DNA of 64,000 bases, from the IMG/VR virus record IMGVR_UViG_3300020577_010124, positions 32,001 through 96,000 of that record; one strand, written 5' to 3'. Within the stretch, counting starts at the first letter, position 1; every line of letters begins with the position of its first letter. The notes beneath the pieces are model-generated. The model had not been told where the DNA came from, searched no databases, and saw only the letters and a list, made by a program, of their open reading frames with translations. The translations under genes and the position numbers were made by a program. Source of the stretch: a virus (lineage: Duplodnaviria > Caudoviricetes). Positions 37,901 through 49,300 of the stretch are shown here, in pieces.

Positions 37901-38528
37901 CGGACAACAGGGTTCAGAAACTAATTGGGACGTTCAGGATTGGGGAGAGCTAAGCAAGGCTGACTTCTTCGCAACTCCAAAGGGCGCTTTGAATTCAGAC
38001 GGTATGCAGCTAAATAGACAGATCGTTGGAGATTATAAAGTTGAGAGAATCGTCTCTGATGTTGTAAACGAGATTAAAGTTATATCAACGTCTCCTAATG
38101 GAGAAATCTTGATTGCAGGGCATGTCAACTACGCTTCTTTGCATGATCCTGATTCTCCAGGCTTCTTGGGTTATAGAAAGCCATTCTTGCAGATGGATGG
38201 TATCTTTGGTAGCGAAGCAAACGTTAAGTGGATGGTCAAAAACTATACAAGAATGTTTATTCCGCCGCTAAGGGTAACATTTAGAGCAATTGGTAGAAAC
38301 AATATCAAGGCTTTGGATGTTATAACTTTTCAGCCTCTTGGTTCAAGGGAAAAGCAGCCTTTGATTGTAAGTTCTATAAAGAGCGAAGTAAACGCGGAGA
38401 ACGGTACTTGGTTCCAAGACTTTGAGTGCCTATGGCTCTATCCAAGACAGAATGTTGATTGGGGTTCTACTAATGAGGTTGGAATGGGTCTTGATGGTTC
38501 TATATCAGGAAATAACGTAGGAGGATAA
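34989..38528 (+). CDS. putative baseplate hub/Tal-like tail protein
   Basis: C-terminal IIFTGF...LECKLCDYSKILK...WDAIEKIA....AYFDRFGVFNF...VNEIKV...IKALDVI...IVSSIKSE pattern of hub proteins. Confidence 0.6.
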   Translation: MSDGCKVPAFASPGWPGKLKFKCILWPNCPLYERIRQDQTFIFSPETLTYAPQKLRDKIVSIAGVDGGFLRPRPNFYLHNFLCFLKRGEYQFQPGEKENINSPYFKNIPSLPNLEFLGLEDALTANELVLEGNSAVSSSAMASHQTWLADGSLYCTDNVLPSEYGSSLVSRGINNTARAVREYFCTGWEYITQKVSNPVGTNGSSVLTTNETKLTSVHMPSVTGIASSDDPVQVMKDNNIEDVFKVSGSENTYRNINPGLHWRVVKRTPLFQGEDFVIEFRKTATEGVSSVSSTAKFRMLDRFKYLDVYTFNQQLLCGSLNNEGFIDFDKKQQIIEDTRKVFDFSRQIYYMIEIGKDDPDHHYLIIIAENSFPIFCHIGKTPYLRCTLSFTGSNSNPPPAPSRDASSPRDCAESTDQAKPGASTDNGRLGEFLVVENPEDLVLRKLGTYDGASSLTLLKQDKLRVSIRQHGGNMIVTFSGHEDNPWVVSRKDLDPNSTPSGQPVTESQVAYNVIRMQIPEAQIAIMGGNIKTAFSFVPQLYDRIDNYTMPQPFSIGGPVNVDEVQFLWRDKAISQNPEVSINQTKKWHYTNEAGEYIEIAVDDGRGTPVGISSSGSFERTAAKPVQILATEVQPEWVFKYGKAPDMVDSQEARKNGIQPSALIVNASECTTSAGSVANTSKLMQASISVVPGGYLFYAIDGGEPWALQGCVTPIVYNLRLYVPPKGCVFNKSPIDVSQHVLTFSDEWSETDFQKLEHQGSISFLISQGMKFPNNQSNYLSQLNGRAFYLQISMWWEDGIMPRPIDEQDKIIFTGFCAGGVIATETNKKILECKLCDYSKILKDQMFFNSPYFDRMRDVNAIREILQLSGLRDGEDNQSTFEPGSLVRILADSDPKDEWYTLFFNGEKLITREFALPGSYDILQSPFLRFTDGQPYWDAIEKIALLANKVAYFDRFGVFNFTALPYDQELFGGQQGSETNWDVQDWGELSKADFFATPKGALNSDGMQLNRQIVGDYKVERIVSDVVNEIKVISTSPNGEILIAGHVNYASLHDPDSPGFLGYRKPFLQMDGIFGSEANVKWMVKNYTRMFIPPLRVTFRAIGRNNIKALDVITFQPLGSREKQPLIVSSIKSEVNAENGTWFQDFECLWLYPRQNVDWGSTNEVGMGLDGSISGNNVGG

Positions 38529-38529
38529 G

Positions 38530-38730
38530 ATGTCAAAGAACGCAGCTTCTAGTTTGTGGAATAATGTTAGAAAAGAGATTGATAAAAGTCGTAGCGCAAA
38601 CGAATCATTCTTGGCGATTAGAAATAACCGACAAGGCTATAGAAGCATGGGTATGTATCAGCTTTCTAAGAATAGCGCTTCGGAAGGCGTATTGGTCGTT
38701 GGCGTAACAAGAGGCGGAAAAGTAGGATAA
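38530..38730 (+). CDS. small basic hypothetical protein
   Basis: 66 aa; GGAGG RBS; fills the gap between two tail genes. Confidence 0.6.
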   Translation: MSKNAASSLWNNVRKEIDKSRSANESFLAIRNNRQGYRSMGMYQLSKNSASEGVLVVGVTRGGKVG

Positions 38731-38733
38731 TAA

Positions 38734-41700
38734 ATGGCTGGACTAACCCCATTTTACGGATTGAGTTACTTTACCTTTGGCGACGAGCTAGGCGACGGTA
38801 TCAATGTTCAGCGAGAGATTGATAGATTTCTCGTCATTGATAAACAGCTATATGGCTTGTACGCTATCTTTGGTAATGGAGCCATAAGCGGATGGGATCT
38901 ATCTTTACGAGACGATTTTGGTCAAAACACAATTTCTCTAAATGTAAGTCCTGGTATTGGTATCATCAATTCTCTTGCAGTTCAAACTTCAACAACTAGT
39001 CAAGTTGAGGATCTTCCTCCTAACGAAACAGTTGGAGTTTATGCCATATTGACAAGCGGAACAGTCCGAACGAGAGACGTTCTATTTGCTTGGAGTCGAA
39101 CCATACCTAGCGGTAATGCAGTTCTTTTGGCAAACGTTACAGTTGGAGAGGCTTCTGTAACGAGTATTGATACTTCGGTTCGTCAAGAAATCGGTTTCCT
39201 AGAACTGATTAAGCAAGAAGTCGCTAATCATAAGCATAGAGGAAGTCCATCTAAGATTGATCTTCAAACAGAAACCAGAAATCAGCTTCCTGGCGCTCGT
39301 CTTGAAGATATTGATACTGCAAAAATCACAAGCGGTAGACTCAATCCAGAAAGAATACCTCAGCTTGAGCATGGCGATTTGGCAAACACGGGGCTACTCC
39401 CTCATGCTGCTCTTGATTCATTTACTAGGTTAATAACATCTGGAAATAGACAACTACTAGGCGAAGTAACTTCCGTAGATGTTATGAAGTTGATAACTGC
39501 TCAGTATTATGTTGCTGATAAGCTAAATCTAAACCTCAGCGATCTTGTCGATTTCCCAAACTTGCTTGTATGCTATCCTGGTATTACTCCAAATACCATA
39601 ATGGACTTGGACGCTTCTACAGCCGCCATAGACCTTGTTACAAATTGTATTTCAGGCAAACCCGTAAAGCAAGGTTCTATTTCTTCTATTCTTTGGAAAA
39701 CCAATTCCGCATTCTTTTCAGCATATGATAGAAGTAACGTAAGCATTGCTCTTAATACAGTTACTCTCACTAGAGGCGGCGGCAGTTCTACTGAGATTGA
39801 AGACTTTGAGCAAGTTCCAAGAGCAGGAGTCCCTATTCCTGGCTTCTCAACTGAAGTTCAAGTTGTTACAGACGACGTTGCGGTTACTTCTGAAGACGTT
39901 GCCAGCTTTAGGACTGAAGGTTTTTACAGCGGAAGGTTTGACACGAATCGAGAGTACAGACTTCTTTATACCAGAACTCTAACCCAAAACAAGGATTGGA
40001 GTATTTATGACGAGCTTATCCTTGACGTAAAGAGTATAGCGATCTCTCACGGCGCTGTTTATATGTACTTCATCAATGGAGAAGGGGATACGGCAACGAA
40101 ATCCCAATCATACCTTGTTCTTGGACAAGATGAGATAACAGACAACGTAGATCCTCTTTTGAACAGCTTTGAAAGACGAGTCTTTGATATATCTAAAGAA
40201 ACAAAAAACGATGTTCGAAAGATCGTTTTCTATACAGACGACTCGATAACAAAGCAAGTTTTCTGGGTTGACAACATCTTTGTAAGAAATCAGAATCTAT
40301 TCCCACCAAGCGGATATATTCGTTTCAGATATTCCAGCAGCGTTCCAGTTACGTTCAACTCGATTAACTACGAATCTATTATACCTGATGGTTGCGATGT
40401 TAGAATAAGAATACGAGTCGCCAACTCTTCTGCTTTATTGACAAGAGCGATCTTTACTCCTAATCTACGATCTGGCGATGTCTTCGCTATGCAAGGCACG
40501 GACGCTGAGATTGATGTTATTCTAACCTCAAATACTACAAGAGATAAAACTCCAACGCTTAAGAGTTTGGAACTACAAATCATAGTTGATTCTTCGGTAA
40601 CAGGCTTTACGATTGGTACTGCTGAGGAATGGGACCGTGGTGAGTATATAAATGAACAGCAGAAAAAGGACGACTTCAATCCGTTCATTTCTAACATACT
40701 TCTTCAAGATCCAATCTCTGTAGGAGATCTCTATTACATTTATCAAAATGGCGTAAACGAGAATAGTCCAACAGGAGACGCTGTTTATGGCTTCAGAGGA
40801 TTGTTGTTCAAAGAACTTCTTTCTCCATTGCAAGCTATCAATGTTGCTAACGTTGATTTTGCTCCTGGTTTCAAAAACCCATTTTCTGTATATAGACTTG
40901 AAAATAGAAACTTCATTGTTGCTGATACTGTTAATGATCGAGTCATTGAAACAACTCCTACTGGCGAGTTTGTTCGAGGCATAGGCGGTCATAACGCAAC
41001 CGACTCTGCTTATTTCTATCCGCTTACGGCTGTTTACAATACTCGCAAGGGTACGCTAACGATTTGTTTCAGCCAGTCGATTCAAGTTGACAAGATAGAT
41101 ATAACCAAAATCAAGATATGGATAGGTTCAGCAGGATTGTTGCTTGGTAGTCAAGACACAATACTAGACAATGGAAAGAATGACAAGATACTTGAAATCC
41201 TATTGACTAACGATAAAATAGACCAACTAACAAATCCAGACTTTGACGTAAATGTTGATTTGCTAGCGGGCTTCCTTCCAACTCCATTTAGTTTCCCTGC
41301 GAGCGCAGCAAGACTGATTGGTTCTAAAGGTTTGGCGGTCTTCCTTGGCGACTTTATTTATATGAATGAGATCAATAGACCAATCTATTCAAATGTTCTT
41401 GCAAATGGAAACTGGATGATTGGAAACTCAAGCATAGTTGAGGATTCTGTTTCTCAAGGTTCAACCACTAATATAACGATTGCTGTTGGAGATAGTACAA
41501 CTTTTACAGTAACGGTCGATCCTCCAACCGAAGGTTATCAGCTAACGTGGGAAACAACGATCCCTGCTGAGCTTCAGCAGATAATTACGTTCGATACTCC
41601 ACTGCCAGGAAATCAGGGTACTGTTCATATAAACTCGCCAACAGAAAGTCAGATCAGAACATGGCAAGTTCTATTTACAGCAGTATATGTTGAAACCGCT

Positions 41701-42273
41701 ACAGGACTAACAGTTGGAACGACAGTCAATACCGTAGTTGTCAATATCATTGCAGCAACAGACAGCACAACGGATACTCCATCAACGTTCCCTTCTACTG
41801 TTGAGATTGATTTCAATACAGAGAGCGTAGCGTTCAGTTATAGCGCTCTTAGTTTCTCCGATTTTACTCTTGGCGCAATAAATGAAATTGATTCAGATAA
41901 GATTATGATTAGCGGATTGCTAAAAGAAAGCGATCCTCTTCCTGCTCCTCAGGGCGGAGACACTGACGAAACCTACGAAGAGCAAGCTGTTCGAAAACTA
42001 GAAGGCTATCGAGGAAAGACTATTATTCTCAACAAGAAAGATAGATCTATAACGTTTGAATATATAGCGTCTGATAATTCTTATCCTTCTGACGCTATCA
42101 TGGATAGTAGAGGGTATGTCGTTATTGCTGAAACATCGTTTATTGGCAACTCGGGAAGAGTCATCAAAGTCGATAATGAGGGTAATATCGTTTGGCAAAT
42201 TGGCGGCGGACTACTAAGTAAAGTCAACGACGTTCGAGCAAGGCTAAACGGCCACGTTATTGTAAGCACATGA
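38734..42273 (+). CDS. large tail protein with carbohydrate-binding-like and NHL-type propeller regions
   Basis: ITSGRLNPERIP fibre motif; KDWSIYDELILDV...FWVDNIFV CBM-like segment; FIVADTVNDRVIE and GRVIKVDNEGNIVWQ NHL-like blades. Confidence 0.6.
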   Translation: MAGLTPFYGLSYFTFGDELGDGINVQREIDRFLVIDKQLYGLYAIFGNGAISGWDLSLRDDFGQNTISLNVSPGIGIINSLAVQTSTTSQVEDLPPNETVGVYAILTSGTVRTRDVLFAWSRTIPSGNAVLLANVTVGEASVTSIDTSVRQEIGFLELIKQEVANHKHRGSPSKIDLQTETRNQLPGARLEDIDTAKITSGRLNPERIPQLEHGDLANTGLLPHAALDSFTRLITSGNRQLLGEVTSVDVMKLITAQYYVADKLNLNLSDLVDFPNLLVCYPGITPNTIMDLDASTAAIDLVTNCISGKPVKQGSISSILWKTNSAFFSAYDRSNVSIALNTVTLTRGGGSSTEIEDFEQVPRAGVPIPGFSTEVQVVTDDVAVTSEDVASFRTEGFYSGRFDTNREYRLLYTRTLTQNKDWSIYDELILDVKSIAISHGAVYMYFINGEGDTATKSQSYLVLGQDEITDNVDPLLNSFERRVFDISKETKNDVRKIVFYTDDSITKQVFWVDNIFVRNQNLFPPSGYIRFRYSSSVPVTFNSINYESIIPDGCDVRIRIRVANSSALLTRAIFTPNLRSGDVFAMQGTDAEIDVILTSNTTRDKTPTLKSLELQIIVDSSVTGFTIGTAEEWDRGEYINEQQKKDDFNPFISNILLQDPISVGDLYYIYQNGVNENSPTGDAVYGFRGLLFKELLSPLQAINVANVDFAPGFKNPFSVYRLENRNFIVADTVNDRVIETTPTGEFVRGIGGHNATDSAYFYPLTAVYNTRKGTLTICFSQSIQVDKIDITKIKIWIGSAGLLLGSQDTILDNGKNDKILEILLTNDKIDQLTNPDFDVNVDLLAGFLPTPFSFPASAARLIGSKGLAVFLGDFIYMNEINRPIYSNVLANGNWMIGNSSIVEDSVSQGSTTNITIAVGDSTTFTVTVDPPTEGYQLTWETTIPAELQQIITFDTPLPGNQGTVHINSPTESQIRTWQVLFTAVYVETATGLTVGTTVNTVVVNIIAATDSTTDTPSTFPSTVEIDFNTESVAFSYSALSFSDFTLGAINEIDSDKIMISGLLKESDPLPAPQGGDTDETYEEQAVRKLEGYRGKTIILNKKDRSITFEYIASDNSYPSDAIMDSRGYVVIAETSFIGNSGRVIKVDNEGNIVWQIGGGLLSKVNDVRARLNGHVIVST

Positions 42274-43367
42274 TACCGCTTGAATACATAGCCTTCATGA
42301 ATGAAACAGGGTATGGTCAGGCTGCGTTCGATTTGATTTCGGCGCTTGAAGAAACATCCAAATATGATATTAGGCTAGTTTCCTTGAATGGAACGGTTTC
42401 TCGTAATTTCTTGTGCAAGCAAAGCTATGTCAAGATGGATTCTTTGGTCAAAAAGCCAATCAATCATAAAGCCATTCAGATCTATCATTGTATACCGCCT
42501 ATGCAGATGAGGCTTCCTAGAACAGAAAAATCCCTTGGCTTTGCGACTTTTGAGACATTCGAGCCTCCTCAAAAATGGATTGATATGCTCAATCGTCTTG
42601 ACGGAGTTGTTTGTCCTTCAGAGTTCAACTATAAGGTGTTTGCTCATGCAGGCGTTAAACGACCGCTTTTCCGCATTCCCCATTGCTATAACCCAGTCGT
42701 TTGGAATGATCGAGTAAAGCCATTGAACAAGTTTGAACGCTATACATTCTTATTTATAGGGACTTGGCGAAGACGCAAGGGGTGGCCCGAGCTTATAGAG
42801 GCTTATCTTAGAGAGTTTAGCGAAACAGATCCAGTTCAGTTGATAATCAAAACTGATAAAATGCAGCTTGCAAGTCAAGATATAGAAAAGATTAAGACAA
42901 ATATTGGAGTAAAAAAGAACTATCCTCATATAGCATTCGAACGTAGAGTTTTTGACGATCTAAGCCTCCCTATGTTTTATAAATCAACGGATTGTTTGAT
43001 TATGCCTACATTGGGTGAAGGATTTGGGCTTCCAGCGCTGCAATGTATGGCTATAAAGATTCCTGTTATTGTAACAAACTTTTCTGGTTGCCAGGAATAT
43101 GCTTCGGAAGAAAGATGTACGTTGATTGAGCCTTCTGGCTTTATGCTCCATTCGAGCATGGACCAAATAGTTCAGTTTGCAAATAAGAAGTGGCCGCATA
43201 TAACCATTCAATCAGTACAGAATGCTATGCGAAGCGTTTTTTCTAAAAAAGACGAGGCTAAAATCAAAGCCGATAAAGCATATGAATATGTCAATCAAAA
43301 CTTCACATATAAAGTCGCAGCAAATAGCTTTCACAAGATGATGGAGAGTATTTACGGTGTCAATTAA
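42270..43367 (+). CDS. GT4 (GT-B) glycosyltransferase
   Basis: TGYGQAA, TFET, VCPSEFN, FLFIG....RKG, PTLGEGFGLPALQCMAIKIPVIVTNFSG. Confidence 0.9.
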   Translation: MIPLEYIAFMNETGYGQAAFDLISALEETSKYDIRLVSLNGTVSRNFLCKQSYVKMDSLVKKPINHKAIQIYHCIPPMQMRLPRTEKSLGFATFETFEPPQKWIDMLNRLDGVVCPSEFNYKVFAHAGVKRPLFRIPHCYNPVVWNDRVKPLNKFERYTFLFIGTWRRRKGWPELIEAYLREFSETDPVQLIIKTDKMQLASQDIEKIKTNIGVKKNYPHIAFERRVFDDLSLPMFYKSTDCLIMPTLGEGFGLPALQCMAIKIPVIVTNFSGCQEYASEERCTLIEPSGFMLHSSMDQIVQFANKKWPHITIQSVQNAMRSVFSKKDEAKIKADKAYEYVNQNFTYKVAANSFHKMMESIYGVN

Positions 43368-46300
43368 ACTTAAGCTACAACCATTCAGCGCTTCAATCAC
43401 TAACACGAAATCAATTTCGTTCAAGCTATCAAACTTGAAGAGAGACAAGAGCTATCGTATATCTTTTGAGAATGCCACTCTTAATCGAGCAATAAGAGTT
43501 GTCTCGTCTAGTAATGGAACATTTGCTGGGGATAAGATCTTCATTCAGAATGTAGAAGAGGTTGAAGGTAAGATTGACCTTTCTCTATACGAATCAGACG
43601 CTATTAGCGTTGTGTCTATTTACGCAAATATAGAAGAAAAGAATGACAGTGATATATGGAAGCTATCTGATATAGCAGCTTTTTCTTTTCAGATAGAAAA
43701 CTCTAAGGCAAGCGGAACCGAGAAGGTTTCCGTATATCCTCCGTTTGTTGGTCCAGAAGACAAAGCAACAGTAATCGTACAAACTGATCCAAACTCGAAT
43801 CTTCAAGTTGTAATTAACAATAAGAGATTCGTTGTCAAGGCAAACTTTAGCGGACAGGGATCTATCTCTTTTAGGCCTATAGATGTTTTTAGCGGTAGTC
43901 CAGCGTCTGCTTCTGCATTGCAGAAATACCCAGTCTACTATAGTAAGTCTAAAGACAACTATACAGAGTTGTATGATTCTGGGGTTTTTGTGCATTTCGT
44001 GCCAGAATCAATGAAAGCTTTACAGGCGACTAACGATCCAGGCGCTCCTGCTTGCGCTATTATTGATCCAACACCAGGCCAAGGCCTAACCATTAACAAG
44101 CTTGATGATTTTTGTATAGACGGATCGGTTGTTGGCCCTCTTTCGATTTTTGATACCGACAGCGAAGACTCTAACTTCTATAACTCGCAAGTTGGATTTT
44201 GCGAAGACATTCAAAAAATCTATCCTGTAGAAGACCAAGAGAGCGTCTGCCGTATATTCAACTCAACATCTTCAACGATTCTTCCTAATGGATCAGCCCT
44301 CGTTGCTTTTGCCTCGCAAGAGACTTTTGCCAATGATCCTTATACAATTCCTACTCTTTCAAGTCGAATATTTGTAGCTCATATCCCTACGTCCCTTAAG
44401 TACAGTGGCAATTTGGTTCGAGACGGTACGGTTATCAAGCCGCCAGCCTTTTATCATACAGCAACTCCATTGGGCATTTCAGACGGAGAGAAATATAGTC
44501 TTACCTTCAGATTTGAGGATGGCTCGTTGTTTGAGGTTCAGCATGAAACAACTAGCAGTTCTATATCTGAGTTTGTTCAATACTTTGTTCAAACAATCAA
44601 TGATAATGAAACCCTTAGTCTTGAAGGCGTTAAGGCAGTTGACCAGGGAACGTTCATTGAACTAAAGTCTGATTTTAGATTTACTATTCGAACAGAAGTC
44701 TTGTCTGGCGACGGAACGTTTACGGCAAAGCTTAGAATAAACAAGACTCTTGATATTTTTACGGACTCGTCTGCAATCTTGGATCAAGGTAATACCCTTG
44801 TGTTCTTGTTCCCAAGATTGGGCTATCAGTCTCATACTATTGTTTCTAGAGATACTGTAAACAATATCATTAGAATAGAAGTGCCAAACGGATTCAATAA
44901 CGATATTGGACCAAATATAGTTTCAAACTTGTATTGCCAACAGTTTGTCATTGTAGACACAGAAACAGATCAGCCAGTTACAGATTTGGTTGAGGTCAGT
45001 CCTTTACCATACATATATGATATCTTCACAAGAGAAGTTTCAGCTATTTATCCTGTCATAACAACTAGAACACTAGAATCAACAGGAGAAACTATAGCCT
45101 ATGTTGTTTGTCAGTCTCCTGTTAATGGCGTGTATCAGTTGTTCTATTATTCATTCAGAGTTGGTAGCGCCGCAGAAACTCCTGGTTGGAAACAACTAAC
45201 AAGTACAAAAGAAAACAAGAATGCTCGTATTAAATGCGATAGCATTGGTAATCTTCATATAGTTTGGGAATCAGATAGATTCGGCGCTACACAAATATAC
45301 TATGGCATACTTGGACCTTCTTCAAGAATAATCAATAATCAAGCATTGATTTCGGCAATAGATAAATCTTCGGAAGCTACGCTATCTACTCCAATTCTCA
45401 GTATTTCAACACCTACCGCTATTCAAAGCTCTTGGACTCGTTTGATAACAAATGCAGGCAAGGTTTCAGTTCCTTCTACCAATAAGGTTGTTGTAGACGG
45501 AAATCCGTTTACAGACGGCGCTATGGCTTTGTATAGATTGACAACTGACGAGTTTGGCAAAGCATTCCCTCATCATTTTGGGCAGATTAGTTTTCAAGTT
45601 TCTTTTGATTTCAAAGTAGACGGAGTAACTTCTAGCGTTTTGGGCGAAGACGATATTAAGAAAGAATTTGAAGATTGGGTTGGACAGTTTGCCCCAGCAG
45701 GCGACAATAAGTATTCAAGAGACAACAATCTCTATACTCTTGATCAATATGCGTCATATTTTGATAGCATGATTCCTATTTTGGGATCATACAAGATACC
45801 GTCTTCTTCAGTGAACATTGTTACAGGCGGCGCTACTGTTACAGGATACAACAACATAAGCGGTAATACTCATGGAGAAATGGGCAGTCCTGCTACCGCT
45901 GCTCACCCAGCGAATATCCGCCATTATATGCTTGCAGTAATGCCAGAAAAGATAAAGTTCAGAGCAAAGAATGCTGAAGCCTATTTCCAGTATTGCGAAA
46001 GAGTCGGAGCAAACTGTGATGGATATATTAATGAGATAGAAGATATCATCTATACAGGTCGTTTCAAGTTAGCTCTTGTTTTGGCAACGAGCGAAAATGA
46101 AGGCACGGGACAAGTTGCTAAGAAGCAGTTCTCTGTTACAAGATTGTTCGGAGACTTTATTGATTTTAGAGCATTCAAGAATATCAAGGTTGCGGTACAC
46201 TATGCAAAGATGTCGCTAGATCAAATCAACGGAGTTCTAAAGCGAGACAAGGAAGTTTTTGAGAATGAGATACGATTCCATAGTAATATAATCGTTACTG

Positions 46301-49300
46301 TTGATAATGAAGCCGTCCTAGGGCAGTCGTTTTTTGCTGATTTTACCGACCAATATGGACAGTTTGACATAGGACTTGGTATGCCTTATGGCGATGGGTT
46401 TGTAACAAATGAATCTATTCCATATCAAGGTAATCTATATGAAGACAAAAAAGTAAGACTCATATTCAATAGTGTAGCTATTGGTCCTCACTCTATTCGG
46501 GTAAATAATAACTATGTTGATGTGTCTTCTTTTGATCGCAATACTAAGCAGATGTGCGTTCATGAAAATACAAGTAACATTCTTACAAACTCTAGTTTTG
46601 ATACGTCAATTTTGCCATATGCAATCGAGACAGCGTTGTTTGACGGATATGCGGCTGTAACCGATTGGACCGTAATAAACGGAGCAATATACAGAAAAGC
46701 CTCAGGAAACTATACTGCTTCTCCTTATACGGGCTTTAGACCAACGGACGGTGAGGCTTGGATAGAATTGACGGGTAGAACTTCGGGAGCTACTGTTTTC
46801 AAGGGCGGTATTTCTCATACTTTCCAAACAAGCATTGGTAAGTCATACTATGTTTCATTTGATCTTTCTAACAATCCAAATAGCTATCTTCAAGGTTCTA
46901 CAGTAACAAAGAAAGTAAAAGTTACCGCTGCTGCGCAATCGGAAACTTTCTCTACAACATTGTCTTCAACCGTTGCTTCTAGCATGAACTGGAAGACGCA
47001 GAACTTCATTTTTGTAGCAACGTCGTCGTCTACAACTCTTGTTTTTGAGAATGCTTCAAATCAATACGGAGATAGTCGAGACATTACTTATGGTCCTCAA
47101 ATTGATAGAGTTCTCATTGTTGTTGGCGAAGATTTGAATACAGAATACGCTTCTTATTCAACAGCGGAAAACTTGGGCATAGATCAAAACGAGTTTGATT
47201 TGAATTATAGTCTCAATGCAACCGACACTTTCTCTCAGATTCCTGTTACGCTCTCCAATACTCTAAGTAATAAAAAAGCTGATCTATGCATAGACAAGAT
47301 AGATAAGGTTCATATCGCTTGGCAGTCTAATAGAAACAACTATTGGGATATTTATTATGCTGGATCTCGTATAAGAAACATTCCTTTCCGTTTTGAAACA
47401 CGAATAACAGGAGCTAACAGCAATAGCATAAACCCTTCTATCAGCGTTGATTCTAAGGGTCGTAGATTTATTGCATGGCAAGATAATCGAAATGGCAACT
47501 TCCAAATATACTCAGCAGTTTCTAAAGTCCAAGACGACATGCTAAGGGATTCTTGTAAGCAAGACGAAGTTGACGAGTTTATATATGAATGGAACTCTAC
47601 ACTTGATCCAACTATTGAACCTTACACAAGCTCTATTTCTCAGTTGAACTGCGGTGTTGAGTTTGAGTTTATCGCTCCGTCAACAGGTTCTTTCCATTTC
47701 CATTTGCTTTTCTATGAAGATCGAGAATATACAAGTCTTTATAAAGCCATAACATCTTCAGACAATCTAGACGGATGGAGAGTCAATGACGAGCAGTTGA
47801 CATATAATGGTCTATCAGCAACTCAAGACGCTTCATATGCAATAAGCTATGTGCCATCATATGAAGATGGTTTGTCTGGAAAAGTTCTGTATGTTGTTGT
47901 TCAATATCAATTGAATGCAAATCCAATAGATCTATCTAAGTCAACCAATGTTCAAGTTGTTCAACCTTATAGCGGTCTTAATTTGCAGACAGGACATTTT
48001 GAGGCTAGCACTCTTGTAAGAGCTATGTTGGAGTTTGATGATATTTCTCCTGTAAGCGTTCGAAAGCAAAGCGCCAGCGATCTAAATGTTTCTCCGTTTA
48101 CGGGAATGTCATTTGTTTCGCCGCTTACTCGTCTTTCTGGCGTTGTTAAGGGAGATAGAGTAAAGAGTATTCTTCTACACTTTGACCCTGTAGGTACGTC
48201 AGGAACTATAACTGCTAAGGTTGCATTTACGTCCCCAATTGCTGCCGTATTTGTAAGCGGTTCTAATCTTGTTCTTAGTCAAAAATACTATGGCTTCCCA
48301 GGCGTTAAGTATTTGGAAACAAGCGCTGCTGGGCTTGAAGCATTTGATACCGTTAGTATTTCTGCGGACAGAAAGACATTAACGGTTCATATGGTTGTAA
48401 ATCCATCCGTGGACGAGATGAGAGTTTTGCTTGAAGACGATACGACAACTATTGGAGAAAATCAGTTTGTATATTACTGTCCAACTGAGCAATCCTCTCG
48501 TTGTGACGCAAACTGTTTGTTTGTCAATAATCAGTCGATTTCCAAGAGCGCCCATTTTAGAGTAACATTCTATGCTGACGCTCAAAGAACAACGCCAATA
48601 ACCTCGTCGTTTACTAAGCTTGACACTTTCGGATGGAAGGCTGGCCCTGGCTCATTCCCAACCAACGGTATAACTGTTCTTTCTGGGCAAAGAGTAAACG
48701 TAGCTTATATTCCAGAAGTTTTGCCGTTTGAGTTGTATGAATCCCAAAGTAAAACAGAAGATAGTAGCACTTTGAGACAGCCTCTTGTATGCGGAGTTAC
48801 ATATCATGTAACTATTGAGAGCTATGTCAATGATACATTTGCGGTAGAGTCTCAGTTTGAGTTCTTATGCCCTTGCAATAGAACTAATGTAGATTTCTGG
48901 AATACGGACAGAGATTCGCAAAACTGGATATGTAGCGGTCAGGGTTTTGAGGATTACAGAATAACCGAAACAGATAATCAATGCTTGTTCCCTATTGTAA
49001 ATGTAACAAGTTTTGATATGTTCTATATTGTTTGGCAAGATTTTAGATTTACTAGAATGCTCCCAACACAGCCAGCAGTATCTCCTGATTATTTTGTAGG
49101 ATTGTATGATGCTTCGGAAGACGTATTCAAATGCTCAGGACAGGGTGGGTATGATCGAAGATTGACGGTCTTTGCAGAAGGTGGAGTTGGAGTTCTTTAT
49201 GACGCTTCTGTTGTTATTGATCCATTCCAAAATATCAATATGATCGTTCACAATGGTAGTGATTTGTATGTTCAAAGATGCAGCTTTGGTTGCAAGATTT

